Assembly: GCA_951406725.2 (NCBI GenBank)
Contig: OX597816.1
Coordinates: 70,742,001 to 70,806,000 of the forward strand
DNA from: Octopus vulgaris
Taxonomy: Eukaryota
Direction: 5' to 3'
DNA: 64,000 nt
This document shows positions 1 to 14,213 of this stretch, in pieces. The stretch's first letter is position 1; the number at the start of each line of letters is the position of its first letter. The translations under genes and the position numbers were made by a program. The notes below the pieces were generated by a model. The model was not told the origin of the DNA, did not search any database, and was given only the letters and a program-made list of their open reading frames with translations.

Positions 1-842
1 CATTTTGCATCCATTTTTCTAAGCTAGTTTCTGTGTATTAGAACGAGAAGATTAGGTGCAGCTGTTTTGGATGCTAACAATTTGGCACAGCTGACTCCAC
101 GTTTGACCTGTTCTGGTGATAGTACTTTTTGGCTCTGAAGGTAAACGCACATACACACACACTCATGCTCACTCGCACATGTGTAGAAGCGTACACGCAC
201 AGATAATGAGTGAGGGAGAGAGACTTTACGCAAACAAACATAACTAGATGCTCACAAAACTGAACAGAAAACTGAAAGAATGAGAAAAATATTAAAATGT
301 TTGATGTCAAGTCAGCTTCAAATCAGCAATGGCAACTAGGCAGTGCCAAAATGCCCCATACAATATATATATAAATATTACCTAGGCGTAGGAGTGGCTG
401 TGTGGTAAGTAGCTTGTTTATGAACCACATAGTTCAAGGTTCAATCCCACTGCGTGGCACCTTGGGCAAGTGTCTTCTACTATAGCCTCAGGCCGCCCAA
501 AGCCTTGTGAGTGGATTTGGAAGATGGAAGCTGAAAGAAACCCGTTGTATATATGTATATATATATATGTTTGTGTGTCTGTGTTTGTCCCCCCAACATC
601 ACTTGACACCCAATGTTGGTGTGTTTACGACCTCGTAACTTAGCGTCCTCTGCAGCATTTGAACACAGAACATAAATCCAGAAGAAATGTCACTAAGCAT
701 TTTGTCTGATACTGTACTCATTCTGCCAGTTTGCCATTTCAATAATAATAATTGTTTTTAAAATAGGCAGAAGGCCTGGAGAGAGTTTTCCGCGAAGTGA
801 ACTCCAGCACTTGAATGTTACTTTATTTTATTGACCTTAAAG

Positions 843-1120
843 TAGTGGTTCTCAACTAGGGTCCATATAAGATTTTGGGTGGGATCCACACAACAAAATA
901 CTAAATTGGGAATCTGCAATAGTATTTTAAGGACCCCTGAAAAAAATTTTGTTTTAGATGTATGTATTGGGAGAAACAACTTGGTTATTTTCTTTAACAT
1001 TTTACATAGTTCAACCTACACAAGTAAATGTGTGAAAAAACATTGAATGGCTATGGGGGTCCACCAGAATAAAATAGTAATCAAAGGGGTCCATAGAAGA
1101 AAAAGGGTTGAGAATCCCTG
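843..1120. mobile_element. hAT-type MITE
   Basis: TIRs TAGTGGTTCTCAAC / GTTGAGAATCCCTG; TSD degenerate. Confidence 0.7.
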
Positions 1121-1218
1121 CCCTAGAAGAATGAAAGACATAGGTGACCTCAATAGTGTTTGAACTTAGAACACAAAGAACCAAAGTAATTTCTGCAAAG
1201 TATGTTGTCCAATTTTAA

Positions 1219-1928
1219 TCCTTTAGCATTCTGATTATTTGGTCAAATTTACTACTTATTAATTCACATTGTTTTGAATTAATTGTGCATTATCTCATAG
1301 TTTTGAGATTTCAATGATGCGATTGCTTATTTTAGAAGATTTTGGAAGTATGCTGTGTGTGAGAAGACCCGGCAGGACAAGTGAGACCATAACCCGTGGC
1401 CTCTAACTGGGATGTAGCCAGTCCATTTATGCATACCTTTCCTTCTTGGGACACAAAACTCTGCTTGCGAAGACCTGTTGAGGCAAGTGGAATCGAAATC
1501 GATCAAAAATCAATGGAAATTGTAGTTGTGATACCAGTGCTGGTGGCACGTAAAAGAACCATCCGAACGTGGCCGTTGCCAGCGCCACCTTGACTGGCCT
1601 CCATGCCGGTGGCACGTAAAAAGCACCAACCAATTGTAGCCATTGCCAACCTCGCCTGGGACGTAAAAAGCAGCCACTACTCTCACGGAGTGGTTGGCAT
1701 TAGGAAGGGCATCCAGCTGTAGAAACACTGCCAGATCAGACTGGGCCTGGTGCAGCTTCCTGGCTTCCCAGACCCCGGTTGAACTGTCCAACCCATGCTA
1801 GCATGGAAAGCGGACGTTAAACGATGATGATGATTGTAAGGTTGGTGTGAGAGGTCAAATCTGACTGTTTTGTGCATAAAACAGGTAGAATATTTGGGCT
1901 GGATATGGCTGGTTTAAATGCTACAGGG
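1219..1928. mobile_element. TTAA-flanked MITE containing an RTE LINE 3' end (~1341-1833)
   Basis: TTAA-TCCTTTAGCATT ... AATGCTACAGGG-TTAA. Confidence 0.6.
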
Positions 1929-2192
1929 TTAATGATTCTGTCACTCCAGATAATAAACAGAAAGGCCACGAAATTGTAGAGTTTGAGTTGACTCTAGCTC
2001 ATGACAAGTACTTCCAGGTTTAACACCTTCTCAGGGTCTTTAGGTGTCTTTCTTGAAGTCCACTCTGATACAAAAATTTAGGTCATAGATTCTGTCTGAG
2101 TATAACTTCCAAATTACAAACAATTTTGCCAACTTGCCAAATAATAATAGTAATAAATTCTAATGGACATTAAAGAATGACGATGATGTGTA

Positions 2193-2561
2193 ATGCAAGG
2201 CTCCCTCTGACAAGTCATTCTAACGAGACGTCTGCGTTGGCTGAGTCATGCCCTCCGTTGTCAACCAGGAGAATTCATCTACGAAGCAATTGCCCCAGCT
2301 CCCCCTCAGGGTTGGCGAAAGCGATGTGGTGGACAACGTAAGACCTGGCTGATGACAGTCAAGGCATATCAGGAACCCAACCTAGGACCCCATAACTATG
2401 CTGTTCGCCGTTGGAATAGGGAGTGGTTGGAGATCACGCGGTCGTTAGCCTCAAATCGCCAGGTCTGGTCAGCGTGTGTGAGAGATGCGGCATTGAGGAT
2501 AAATGAAGCCAGCTCAACCCACCCCGGGTGAATGCTGTCTCAAGACAAGAAAGAAGACAAG
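2193..2561 (+). mobile_element. 5'-truncated RTE-clade LINE (ORF2 C-terminus plus (CAAGA)n tail)
   Basis: TRRLRWLSHALR...GWRKRCGGQRKTW...LASNRQVWSACVRD...PG* (TGA 2529-2531), followed by a short repeat tail. Confidence 0.85.
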
Positions 2562-3104
2562 GCTACAGATCTTTTTGGGGGAAACACAGTAAAATAAATC
2601 ACCTCCAATCTGTGACTGGTACATCCTATTTTGATTCAGTTTTTCTTGATCTCCATCTGCTTCTTTATTCTTGCCAACTACTGCTATCCAAAATTGAAGT
2701 GTCTATACAAGATTGGTCGATTTGCCTGATAACCCTCAAATTAGAAATAGCAGCCAAATAACCTTCAAATTACGCCCTTCCATCATTTAAAAACATACAG
2801 AAGTTAAAAAATAAACTGAGATATATTAGATACTGAGGTGGTAGATAACACTGTACGAATAAAAGACAGCATGATAACAGCTGGAACATTTTTGATCATA
2901 GTTATGCTGGATCAGGGTGACCTGGGGCTAGAACAATGAGAATAACTGTCAGCCGGCATCACTTTTTGTTAACCAGCACAGCTGTAGAGCAAATACCAGG
3001 GAGATAGGAAAACATCTATTCAGTTTGTTGAAAGTATCTCCTCTAACAATACTTAAATATCCAGTCTAAATGTTCACAAACTATCCCGCCCATTCCTGCA
3101 TGTT

Positions 3105-3137
<33 letters not shown>

Positions 3138-3844
3138 TCAATAAATATATGATGCCAACTTTTTATTAGTTTAGATCAGGGAAAGTAAAAAGGATGGGTG
3201 AGGGGAAAATCTGTGGCCTTGAGACTGTATATCAGATATTTGAGGGTTGTACAAGCTGCAAACTGCTGTTATGTGTCAGAATTTTTTTTTTTTTCATATT
3301 TATTTTAGTGATAATAACATTTAATAATTCTGTATTCATTTAATAATTAGTTGTTATTAATAAATTATACATGTAATTGATGACAAAAAAGTAATGAATA
3401 ATAAAATGTTAAATAATTAATAATTCATTTGATAATACTTATAATGGTTCCCTTTATTTTCTAAATGGGCATACATACTTGTTAAGGAATGTAATAAAAT
3501 GCATTTTTAAAAATATATTCTTCCAATTTATTTATTTTTTCATCATCACCATCATCATCATTATTAATAAGGCGGTGAGCGGGCAGAACCGTTAGCACGC
3601 TGGACAAAAGTACTTAGCGGTATTTTGTCCATTGCTACATTCTGAGTTCAAATTTCGCCAAGGTCAACTTAGCCTTTCATCCTTTCAGGGTCGATTAAAT
3701 AAGTACCAGTTATGTACTGGGGTCGATATAATCGACTTAATCCCTTTGTCTGTGTGTTCATTTGACTGTAATTTTACGTGTTCCGTCTGTGTGTCTATGT
3801 CTTTAGGTTTCCATAATTCTGGGTTGTCTTGTTTCTGTTTGTTA

Positions 3845-4811
3845 TTACTTATGTGCTTTTGCATGTCTATGTGTTTGAGTGTCTTCTGGTCTGAATGACT
3901 GCACTTGTAAGTCCTTTACTGATCCTACTGGTAAATCTTCCCCATTTCTCGTCATGGGTTGGGTTTCCTCTTCCGTTGCTTTGTACTTCTTCAATTCCAC
4001 TGTCGTCGGTGACTTCCTTCTCTCTCTTATTCTGGCTTTCACCTCCGCAAAGTTCCTGATGTATTCAATTTTCTGTTTCTGCTGTTTTTCTACCATTATA
4101 TCCCCCTGAATACTCTTCTCTACCATTTCCACTGCTGCTCTCGGGCATTTTTTCCTCAAGTGCCCTCTTTCACTTTGGCATCAAAGTTCATTTTTCCCCC
4201 TGTATCATCCTGTTGGAGATTTTTTCCGCTTCCTCTTCTGATAAAAAACTTACCACTATCGACGCACATCTCTTTCCTCTTTTAAAGAACATTATGCTGT
4301 CTCCTATTTGTTCTTCCAAGATTTCTTCTATCTCTTCCTATTTCTTTACTACCCACAAGGGGCTAAACACAGAGGGGACAAACAAGGACAAACAGATCAA
4401 GCCAATTACATTGACCCCAGTGTGCAACTTGCACTTAATTTATCGACCCCGAAAGGATGAAAGGCAAAGTCGACCTCAGCGGAATTTGAACTCAGAACGT
4501 AGCGGCAGACAAAATACGGCTACGCATCTCGCTCTGTGTGCTAACGTTTCTGCCAGCTCGCCACCTTCTGTCTCTTCCTGCGGCACGTGTTCAGTTCTAT
4601 TTTCATTTGAAAATGTTCTAAATATGACCGTCTTCTTTTCTATTTTCACTTTTTCCTCCTCTGGCAGGGTCATTTTTATATTTGCCCCTTCTTTCTTTAC
4701 CATACCATAATATTTGTTTATCAACTCGTCATTCCACAGTATCATCTCCAGCCTCAGCACATGTGGGTCTAGGGGAACTCAACCTCCAGCAGCCTCTGCA
4801 TAACTTCTCAT
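3845..4811 (-). pseudogene. Decayed retroelement ORF1/gag-like sequence interrupted by a SINE (4337-4568)
   Basis: MRSYAEA start, ..ERGHLRKKCP zinc-knuckle-like remnant, K/E-rich; SINE flanked by ~15 bp TSD CTTCT(A/G)TCTCTTCCT. Confidence 0.55.
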
Positions 4812-5387
4812 TTTTCTCAGTTATTCACCACCACCAAACAATGGCAGCTTTGCACACAAAAAATTCGGCTAGAGTTCTTCAAAAAACAACAAAAAAAGTG
4901 GCTTGCTAGCTGTTGATGATTATTCGCCTTTGAAGACTTATAGAATTTCAAGTGAAATAAATTCACTGATCTACAAAATTTGAAATATTGCATTTCTAAA
5001 TCTCTCAGAGAGACTTATACAGTAGCAGCACGATAAAGTAACGGTTTGTTGCCAACTTAATGTGGCAGTCCCATTACCTTCAATTATTATTTACGATTAT
5101 TTAAGGCAAATACAAAACGCAAATTTTTTTCACTTTGATGTTTTAGTCTATATTTAATTTCGATTTGCATATGTTCATCAATTCACTACACTGTCTTTAA
5201 AGTAAACAAAATCAAAATTTTAAATTGGGGGTGGGGGGTGAAAGTAAAATTTAAAAAATTTTTTTTGCATATTCGTAATCTCCAACATCTGAAACGTAGG
5301 AATCTGAAAAAAAATTTTTTTTTTAAATGCATTTTTCAAGGAGAGGTGTGATTCGGCATTAGCCCCGTGATTACAAGTCATTTTATA

Positions 5388-7041
5388 TCTCTTATTATAA
5401 AAGGCAGATTTTATCTGCCTCCCTTTGTAACTTATAGAAATCTACAATATAGGATTTCTTCAATTACAATTTACCTAGCATTTTTAAGAGTAGAATGCAT
5501 CGGGTCATGCCAGGTCCAGTTTTTAAAATTTAAACTCCAATTAAGCAAAATTTACAGAAAACTCACATTCTGGTGTGTATGTCAAATGCTTTTCTTAATG
5601 TGGTTTACACCACACGCACACACACAGTGTGCAACGAATAAAATGAAAGTAAATAGCGACAGAGTGATTTGAGGAAGACTAAACTGAAAGTATTTAAACC
5701 ACTACTCAAAAAATAAAAAAACACAGCAAACAGAAACAAATAAATACATAACGATTTACTCCTCACACAATTTCTTCAATTAGAGTTTACCTAAGATTTT
5801 TCAAAGTACTCCATTCGGTCATGCCATAATATATTTCTTTCAATTTCACCCCCAATTAAGACAAAATTCGAGAAAACTCAATATTTTAACATTTCACTCC
5901 GAAAGCATTGATGTACATGTGTGCGTGCGTGAGTGTGTGTGTGTTTGATGGGTTGTGCGACACAGAAAGTGTGGTGTGTAAGTGAAATGCTTTTGTTAGT
6001 GTGTGTAAAGAGACAGAGTGAGTGAAAGACAGAAATAACTGAACTTTTTTTATTCACTTTTTGTAGTGAGTAACTGAGAGAGAAAAGAGAGAGAGAGGTT
6101 ATGTATGTATATATGTATGTATGGCTTCAGTGACACACACACACAAAAACACATACCTACGTACACCTAAAGCACGCACACACACACACACACACACAAG
6201 TGGAGCGCGAACTTCAAAATTTTGGTAGTATTAATTTGCGAGCGTACTTCTAAGCGCGCGTAATTGAAAGTTTTCACTATGATATCATCACGTGCGAAAA
6301 AATTCGAAGGGTTTTGAACAATTGAGATACAGATGTCACGCCTGTATTGAAACCATTGCTAAGCTGCCGTAATTGCTTAATTAAGACTTTGTTTAAATTG
6401 AAAGGGGCAAATATGTGACGAGGTTGAAAAAAAAATACCCCAGAAAAAAAAATGTACTGCTGGTATTTATATAATTCACTACTATTTTGCTACAATGTCA
6501 TGAAAAAGAAAAAATTTAGGTATGTAAATCGAATTCGCCACCCCCTTTTCCCCGTTCGCGTTTGTGTAAAAAAAATTATTATTTAAGTTTTAAAAATTAT
6601 TTACTTTGTTCAAAAAATATTAATATTAATTAATTTTCAAGAATTATTTAATTTTATTCTGTAAAATAGTAATTAATTCATTTATCTGTAAATCCGCGAG
6701 GTTGTTACTCAGGCACCTAGAATGGTAACCTTCAACTAACACTATCTCCTCCGAGACCCTGCGGCGCAAGTTGACCAAAATTGAGAGTATGGTAGAAGAA
6801 GGCTTGCTCTTCCTTCCGTAGAACATAAAATTCAAATCGGACCATGTTAACACCAAAAATTATTTACATCAAAAAGATGCTTTTTTCTATGAAAATCCCT
6901 ATTTTTTACGATTTTTTCACTGCTGTGTCGCCACTTTTCGGTGTATTTCGACCAGAAAAATGTTCACAAAATTTTTACTTTTCAAAATTACAATTCCAGC
7001 GGGTCGAAACAAACCCGAGCAACGCCGGGCGATACTGCTAG
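5388..7041 (+). mobile_element. Non-autonomous Helitron
   Basis: 5' TC, 3' CTAG, subterminal hairpin CCCG-AGCAACGC-CGGG, inserted between A (5387) and T (7042); first ~220 bp nearly identical to 32350-32569 (-). Confidence 0.85.
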
Positions 7042-9849
7042 TTACTACTAAATAACAGCATACTTGCTGATGGAATTTTATAAAATCACTCATTTGACAT
7101 AGTAATTTAATTTATTAGTAATATTTATCTTTTGAAAATTGTTTGGATTGTATATCTAGAAAAGGACTTGGTAAATTATATATTTATATTTGTTTCCAGT
7201 GATATAAAGCAGATATGATTCTTAAGGAAAATTTTTCACCAGTTTGTTATACTTTTGGTTGAATTTTTGTTTTAGTATGCTAAAATACTAAATTATAAAA
7301 AAAAAACTATAATTTTCTATCGAAAGATAATAGTAAAAATCAGATGTTGAATATGTAAGGTGTGAACTTTTAGTCAGTAGGGAGGTGATAATTGAAGAAC
7401 AGGAATGCTAATTATTCCAGTTGTAACTAATGTAGAAGTTAAGTAGAGTTAAATTAAACTGAAAGATAAATTATCATTAAGCAATGTTTTTGATATTGTA
7501 ATGCTGATCAAGGCAGTGAGCTGGCAGAATCGTTAGCATGCCAGGCATAATGCTTAGTGGTTATTTCGTCTGCCAATCAAACCGTCCAACCAATGCCAGC
7601 ATGGAAAGCGGACGTTAAATGATGATGATGATGATGATATATGATGGGCTTCTTTCAGTTTCCATCTACCAGATCCACTCACAAGGCTTTGGTTGGCCTG
7701 AGACTATAGTTGAAGACAATTGCCCAAAGTGGCACACAGTGGGACTGAACCTGGAACCACGTAGTTGGGAAGCAAGCTACCTACCACCCAGCCACTACTG
7801 AAATAACCATGAAATTCAATTAAAAGTAATCCTAGTTATGGTAATGGTTTCTCAGTAAAGTACAAGGCCACTTGACTGTTGACAATGGATCAATTGTTGG
7901 TTTTGATGATGAGCCTTCAGTTGATCAATCAACTGCACTACCTAATCATTAATTAACATGTCAGAGGGCTGAGTATTCCACAGGTGCCTTTTAGCTTTTA
8001 TTTGTTTCTGTCATTAGATTGTGTCCATGCCGGGTCACCACTTTGAAGAATTTTAGTCAAATGAATCGATCTCAATTCTTATTCTGTTGGTCACTTTTGT
8101 CAAACCTCTACGTTACTAGGATGTAAACATACCAACACTGGTTGTTAAGTAGTGTTGGGGGACAAAAAGATGCAAAAGCATATCGACATATACATACACA
8201 CACATAGTTGTGATACCTGTACCTGTGGCACGTAAAACGCACCATCCGTACGTGGCCGATGCCAGCGCTGCCTTTACTGACTTCCTTGCCGGTGGCAGGT
8301 AAAAAGCACCAACTGATCATGGCCGTTGCCAGCCTACTCTGGCACCTGTGCCGGTGGTACGTAAAAAGCATCATCCGTACGCAGCTGATGCCAGTGCCAC
8401 CTTGACTGGCCCGCTTGCCGGTGGCACGTAAAAAGCACTCACTACACTCACGGAGTGGTTGGCATTAGGAAGGGCATCCAGCTGTAGAAATACTGCTAGA
8501 TCAGACTGGAGCCTGGTGCAGCCTCCTGGCCTCCCAGACCCCGGTCGAACTGTGCAACCCATGCTAGCATGGAAAGCGGACGTTAAACGATGATGATGAT
8601 ACATGCATAACAGGCTTCTTTCAGTTTCTGGTGTAGTTGTATATATGTTAGCCAGTATACATACATTGTTACTTATGCCTGTGCCTCAGTTACAATAAGA
8701 GGTTGTCTGTTGGTGCATTTGTGTAGCTATTGTGCCCATGTATTTCTGTTATCTGTGCATTTGTTGTAATATGAGCTCATCTGTTGGGGTCTGCTGTCTC
8801 CATATGTGTCCTTACATATTCAGTCTTTTGGGTCTTACTTCGTGTGTGTGTGTGTGTGTATGAATGTTGATATTTTGTTTCTTTATGTGATGTGTGTTGA
8901 ATTGTCTGTTCCTGTCTGTGTGTATGATTTGTTTTTGTAGCTACCACTTTCTCTTTTTCCCCTTATTTGTATGTGGTCTCTCTCTGTCTCTCGCTGTCTT
9001 CCTCTTCCCCTAAGTGTCTGTGTGTCTCTGTATGTTCCCATTTTGTTAGATGTTCGTAAAGAGAAAAAATATTTTAAATACTTTATAATTAGATGTATTA
9101 ATAACTGATGCTGACTGAAAGACAGGACAGAAATAACAATAACAACAACAACAACAACAATAATAATGTTTTACATGTGCTACTTCATTATTTGAAGTAC
9201 TGTGTTAATTGTCGATGTTAACCTCATTCTAGAAACGTCCAATCCTCTCTCATCATGAATACTTGTTATCTAAGGAGTCAATATAGGACATCTTTTATGT
9301 GGTCGCCTGACCAGCTAGAAATAGCTGCTAAATCTCCCTCAGATCACACCATGTTGCTGGGAATGAAGAAAGAATACTTTGAATATTGTAGTCCTAGATA
9401 GCCATAGCTAAAAAAAAACACGGTCAGGATTGAATTGATTTCAGACATAGTTCTTGATTGATCGGCCTGGGGTTAAACAGTAGCAACCATTAGATATTGT
9501 TGAGTCTCTACATGGTCCCTCACTTACTAGAAATGGTGCTTAAATCTTCCTCAAATTATACCTTACCATGCAAAAAAAAAAAAAAAAAAAGGAAAGGATG
9601 CTTCAGATAATGTAGTCTCACACATGCTCTTAAAGAGAGGTTGGTCACAGTTGGAATGCTGTTAATCATAGGTCAGCTTGAGGTTAAGTGGCAACAGTGA
9701 TTTCTTAATGTTATTGAGATATTATATATATATAGCTACTACAAAATCTTTGGAAAGCAGCGGATCAATCAGAAAGTAATGCAGTTTTTACCTTCTGATG
9801 CACCTTCATATGTGTTTGCATGTATATTTATGTGTGTGTATGTGTAGTC

Positions 9850-9881
<32 letters not shown>

Positions 9882-10900
9882 GTTTGTGTGTCTGTGTTTG
9901 TCCCACCAACATCACTTGACAACTGGTGTGTTTATGTCCCCGTAACTTAGCGGTTCGGCAAAAGAGGCCGATAGAATAAGTACTAGGCTTACAAAGAATA
10001 AGTCCTGGAGTCGATTTGCTTGACTAAAGGCCGTGCTCCAGCACGGCCACAGTCAAATGACTGAAACAAGTAAAAAAGAAAATACCCTTACGTGTTGAAT
10101 GTAATGGTTTCTATTTCTCTTGCTTATTCCATCAAACATATACATATGATGATGATGATGATTTTATTATCATCATCATCATCAGTAAACAACAAGAATA
10201 GTGCAATGCAATTTGTAATAATAGAGATTGACTCTGTTTATCGAATTGAATGAATTGAACAATATTTCGTCAGATTGTTTGTCTTCCTTGGGTTCAAAAT
10301 GTGAAATAGAAAATTTCTGAATTTCAGAGTGAATTAAAATTAAGAACTTTATTCCAGATTAAGTAAATCTTTTATTGCTTTGCTTGTTTCATTCGTTAGA
10401 TTCCAGCCAAGCTGGGCACCCAATTAAAACTTTTAGCTGTTCATATGAATCTTTCTCTGTATCTATTTTTATTTCTGGTACTTACTTACCTTATTGGTCT
10501 ATGAATGCTTCACCTTGAGAGATGATAGCCGTCCCATCAACTCACACATACACACCACACCCCATCACACAGTACAATCCCTCCCTTGATGAGCCCTTAG
10601 ATGACTTTTAAGACCAGCTGCTGACTGACTGGGTTTAAAACACAAATGACAAATATTATTCAAGTTTCTTCTATATCTTTGCCCTTTGGAATCTGATTCT
10701 GTAGGAATGTTTTTATGAACTAGCATATGTCTTTTAAGTCCAGATATTGTCTTATAAGTTTTTTGACATGTGACTCAAGCCCTAACCGGTGGTTGGTGTC
10801 CAAGATCATTACCTATCTGGACATTATGATTTTCATGTGACTTCAGAACACGGCCACATATAATACATATCCAATGTTCACTGTTGATTATAGTTCCAGT

Positions 10901-10951
<51 letters not shown>

Positions 10952-10953
10952 AT

Positions 10954-11005
<52 letters not shown>

Positions 11006-12259
11006 ATTATAATTTATATATATATATATATGTATATATAGGCGCAGGAGTGGCTGTGTGGTAAGTAGCTTGCTTACCAACCACATGGTTCCGGGTTCAT
11101 TCCCATTGCATGGCACCTTGGGCAAGTGTCTTCTACTATAGCCTCGGGCCGACCAAAGCCTTGTGAGTGGATTTGGTAGATGGAAACTGAAAGGAGCCCG
11201 TCGCATGTATGTATATATATATATATAAAACTTTTTCAATTTTTTAATTCTTAGGCCTATTAATTATTAATTGGTGCACATTCTATATGAATGTTTCTTT
11301 CCTTGTTATAAATATGGAATGTGAAACCTCTTTGGTGAAGATAAATTTTATTCCTGATGAAGAGGCCATTGTCAGTTTGGTGTTTTAATGTGTTAATGGA
11401 TTGTGGCAATGGCTCCTGAAACAGCTGTGCAACTTGAATTCCTTCATGCACTTTATGAGGGATATTATTCTGGATTCCTCTTACCTTTAGTAGTTTAACT
11501 ATCTTACACTTTTTTAATTTTTAGTCACCTTGCTATATGTATACTTTCACATTTTCTTCATGTGCTTCCATAAGCATTGTTCTTTATAGGTTTTTCACAT
11601 GTTTTTACATGTGTATATGTGTATATTCTTATACCTTTGGCTTTTATGTGCTGAACGCCCTCGTATTTTAACATGTACCTATGTTCAACGGTGTGAATAT
11701 ATGGGGGTGATATAAAGTTGTTTGCCCAAATCTGATGTTTATTTTTTAACCACTGAGTTTCATCATCATCGTTCAACGTCCACTTTCCTATGCTGGCATG
11801 GGTTAGACAGTTTGACTGAGGGCTGGCAAGCCAGAAGGCTGTACCAGGATCCAATCTGATCTGGCAAGGTTTCTACAGCTTGATGCCCTTTGTAATGCCA
11901 ACCACTCCATGAGTGTAGTGGGTGCTTTTTACGTGCCACCCGCATGAAGGCCACACAGGTGGTACTGGCAACAACCACGCCTGAATGGTGCTTTTTATGT
12001 GTTCCTTTCTGTGGAAGAGCGACGGCTCGAAATGTTAAAGACTTTTTCAATTCCCGAGCATTATACTAACACATCTGTTTGTTGTCTACACCACCTGTCT
12101 TCGTCTTTGGTTTTTTCCGTGAATTCTCCCTATAAGCCTCATTAAAGGATAATAATATCCAATGAATTTACTGGTTTATTACCTATATATTTTGAATATT
12201 AATTTTAATACTCAAAAATAGGTAATTAAATAAACCGAGGTTCATATTTATTTAAGAAA

Positions 12260-12530
12260 GATAAGAAAATCAAGATAAATCAATTGACAATTATCTTTAT
12301 AATTACAAAAATAGACATAATCCCTGACAGCTGTTTCGATTCAGACTTTAAAGATTTTAATTAAAATAATTAAATCATTATCAAACAGAATCTTGTCGGA
12401 GGTAGAAAAAAAGATATACCATTACATTTTTATGTTTTTAAGTATATGGAACATTTCAGCTGCCAGGGATTATGTCTATTTTTGTAATTAATAAATATAA
12501 TTATTAATTGATTTATCTCTATTTTCTTAT
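12260..12530. repeat. Inverted repeat (~72 bp arms) with a degenerate hammerhead on the - strand
   Basis: 12260-12333 vs 12457-12530; minus strand 12402-12323 reads CCT-CCGACAA-GATTC...GAATC-GAAAC-AGCT-GTC-AGG. Confidence 0.65.
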
Positions 12531-13285
12531 ATATGTATATATATATATATTTAAAAATGCATTTTACCCTATCTTCAGTATTTGAGTACTTTTTTTCCCA
12601 CCTTGTTTTGTCTTTATGTGCTTACTCCTGTATGTATGTGTGTGCATGTATATATAATAATAATAATAATAGGGAATATAATTCCAAACTTACAGGGAAA
12701 AATTCAATTTAGCAATTCTAAGGTTTTTATTGTATATTTATTTTTTCTATATGGTGTGAATAACGTCTTTAACTATTGAATTGCTTAATATAGGTTTTTC
12801 TCTCAATTATATATATATATATATATATGTGAAAAGGATTTGCACAGTTTCTCTCTCAAGGTGTGTGTCCAGCAATACTTGGTCAGCTTCAAGCTATAGC
12901 AGACAGTTGCGGCAAGATGTCTTGTAGCTGCAAAGCGACCCCAAACCATCAGATTGCAGACTGGACTTCTTAACCATGCAGCCATGCCAATGCCTGACAT
13001 AGGGATAAGAATGTAGCATGCTTGATTTCCAAATATGAATTTATTGAAATAAGGTTAATTGCTTTGAAAATTATAATCTTATTTACTGCAGCTCATCTCA
13101 TACACTTAAACACTTAATAACATTTAATTATAAGTAACGAGGCATTTTACTGAAGATCCAGCAGAGCATGCTGTGGTTACTCTTTAATTTCATTATATGA
13201 GTTTCGCTGACGAGTGCATAGAATGAAGTAAATGATATACACACAAACACTCACACTTTCTCTCTCTCTCTCTCTCTCACACACA

Positions 13286-13319
<34 letters not shown>

Positions 13320-13833
13320 AATATATTGTTGTTTGCCTGTCCATTTAATGTTGGCTTTGAAAAATGAACATTAAAACACCAATGAGGAAGAGGAGGAGGA
13401 GGTCGACAATGATGCCATCGATGTCATCAATGGTGGTAGTGTTGGTGGTGGGGGTGATGACAGGTAGAGTGCAGAATTCATAATTGTTGCTGCAGGAATA
13501 TTTGTTGTTCAATTGGATTTCTGCTTAGGAAAGCATTCGTGTGCTTTTAACCTGTGACTTAAATGCATATGATATTATTATAACATATGCAACAAATTTC
13601 AAATAAATCTGTCTAGTGAAGGAGTCTTTATGCAGTTGTTCAGCCTGCTAGAAATTACAGCCAAATCTCCCTCAAATCACAGTCTTCTGTCTTAAAAAAA
13701 AAAAAACCGGATGGTTACATTGAGAGTAATCTCTCTCTTTTTTAAGAAAATGCAGTGGGCAGGACTAAAACAGTAGGTACAGGTGTGCCCAATTACAGGT
13801 TATTGGTGGGGTTAAAAAACCAGCAACAGTAGT

Positions 13834-14213
13834 GGAGGCGCAATGGCCCAGTGGTTAGGGCAGCAGACTCGCGGTCGGAGGATCGCGGTTTTGATTCCCA
13901 GACCGGGCGTTGTGTGTATTTATTGAGCGAAAACACCTAAAGCTCCACGAGGTTCCGGCAGGGGGTGGTGGCGACCCCTGTTGTACTCTTTCGCTCCAAC
14001 TTTCTCTCACTCTTTCTTCCTGTTTCTTGTCCCCGACTTCCTACGCAACCGCTGAGCCTGGATGCGCATTCATCCATCCGTCGATGCTGTCGGTGTCGGG
14101 GGTTGACCTGCTTTCTCTTCTGCGGGTCTTACAAATAGCAAAGGATCACGTTTCAGACTTCTCCCATCTTGCAAGCTCTGGGACGAAGACCGTTCGCTCA
14201 ACAGCAACAGTAA
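13834..14213 (+). mobile_element. tRNA-derived SINE family C
   Basis: TGGCCCAGTGGTTAGG A box, GGTTYGATTC B box, CAA/CAG tail, flanked by CAGCAACAGTA; close inverted copy at 44202-44526. Confidence 0.85.

Noticed and set aside
42-140. VLDANNL peptide followed by AG|GTAAAC, resembling the start of an upstream LTA4H exon
   Set aside because: Similarity ends after 7 residues and an in-frame TGA precedes the donor; the 5' exons are probably upstream of the window.
1927-2017. Open exon-like stretch (cag...CAG|gt)
   Set aside because: The acceptor is part of a MITE terminal repeat and the peptide does not resemble LTA4H.
11260-11451. 63 aa minus-strand ORF, possible GIY-YIG C-terminal remnant
   Set aside because: No diagnostic motif recognisable; unsupported without a search.
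13834-13910. tRNA gene candidates (also 385, 50655, 56510-56620)
   Set aside because: They lack a complete acceptor stem and continue into repeat bodies, so they are SINE heads rather than tRNA genes.
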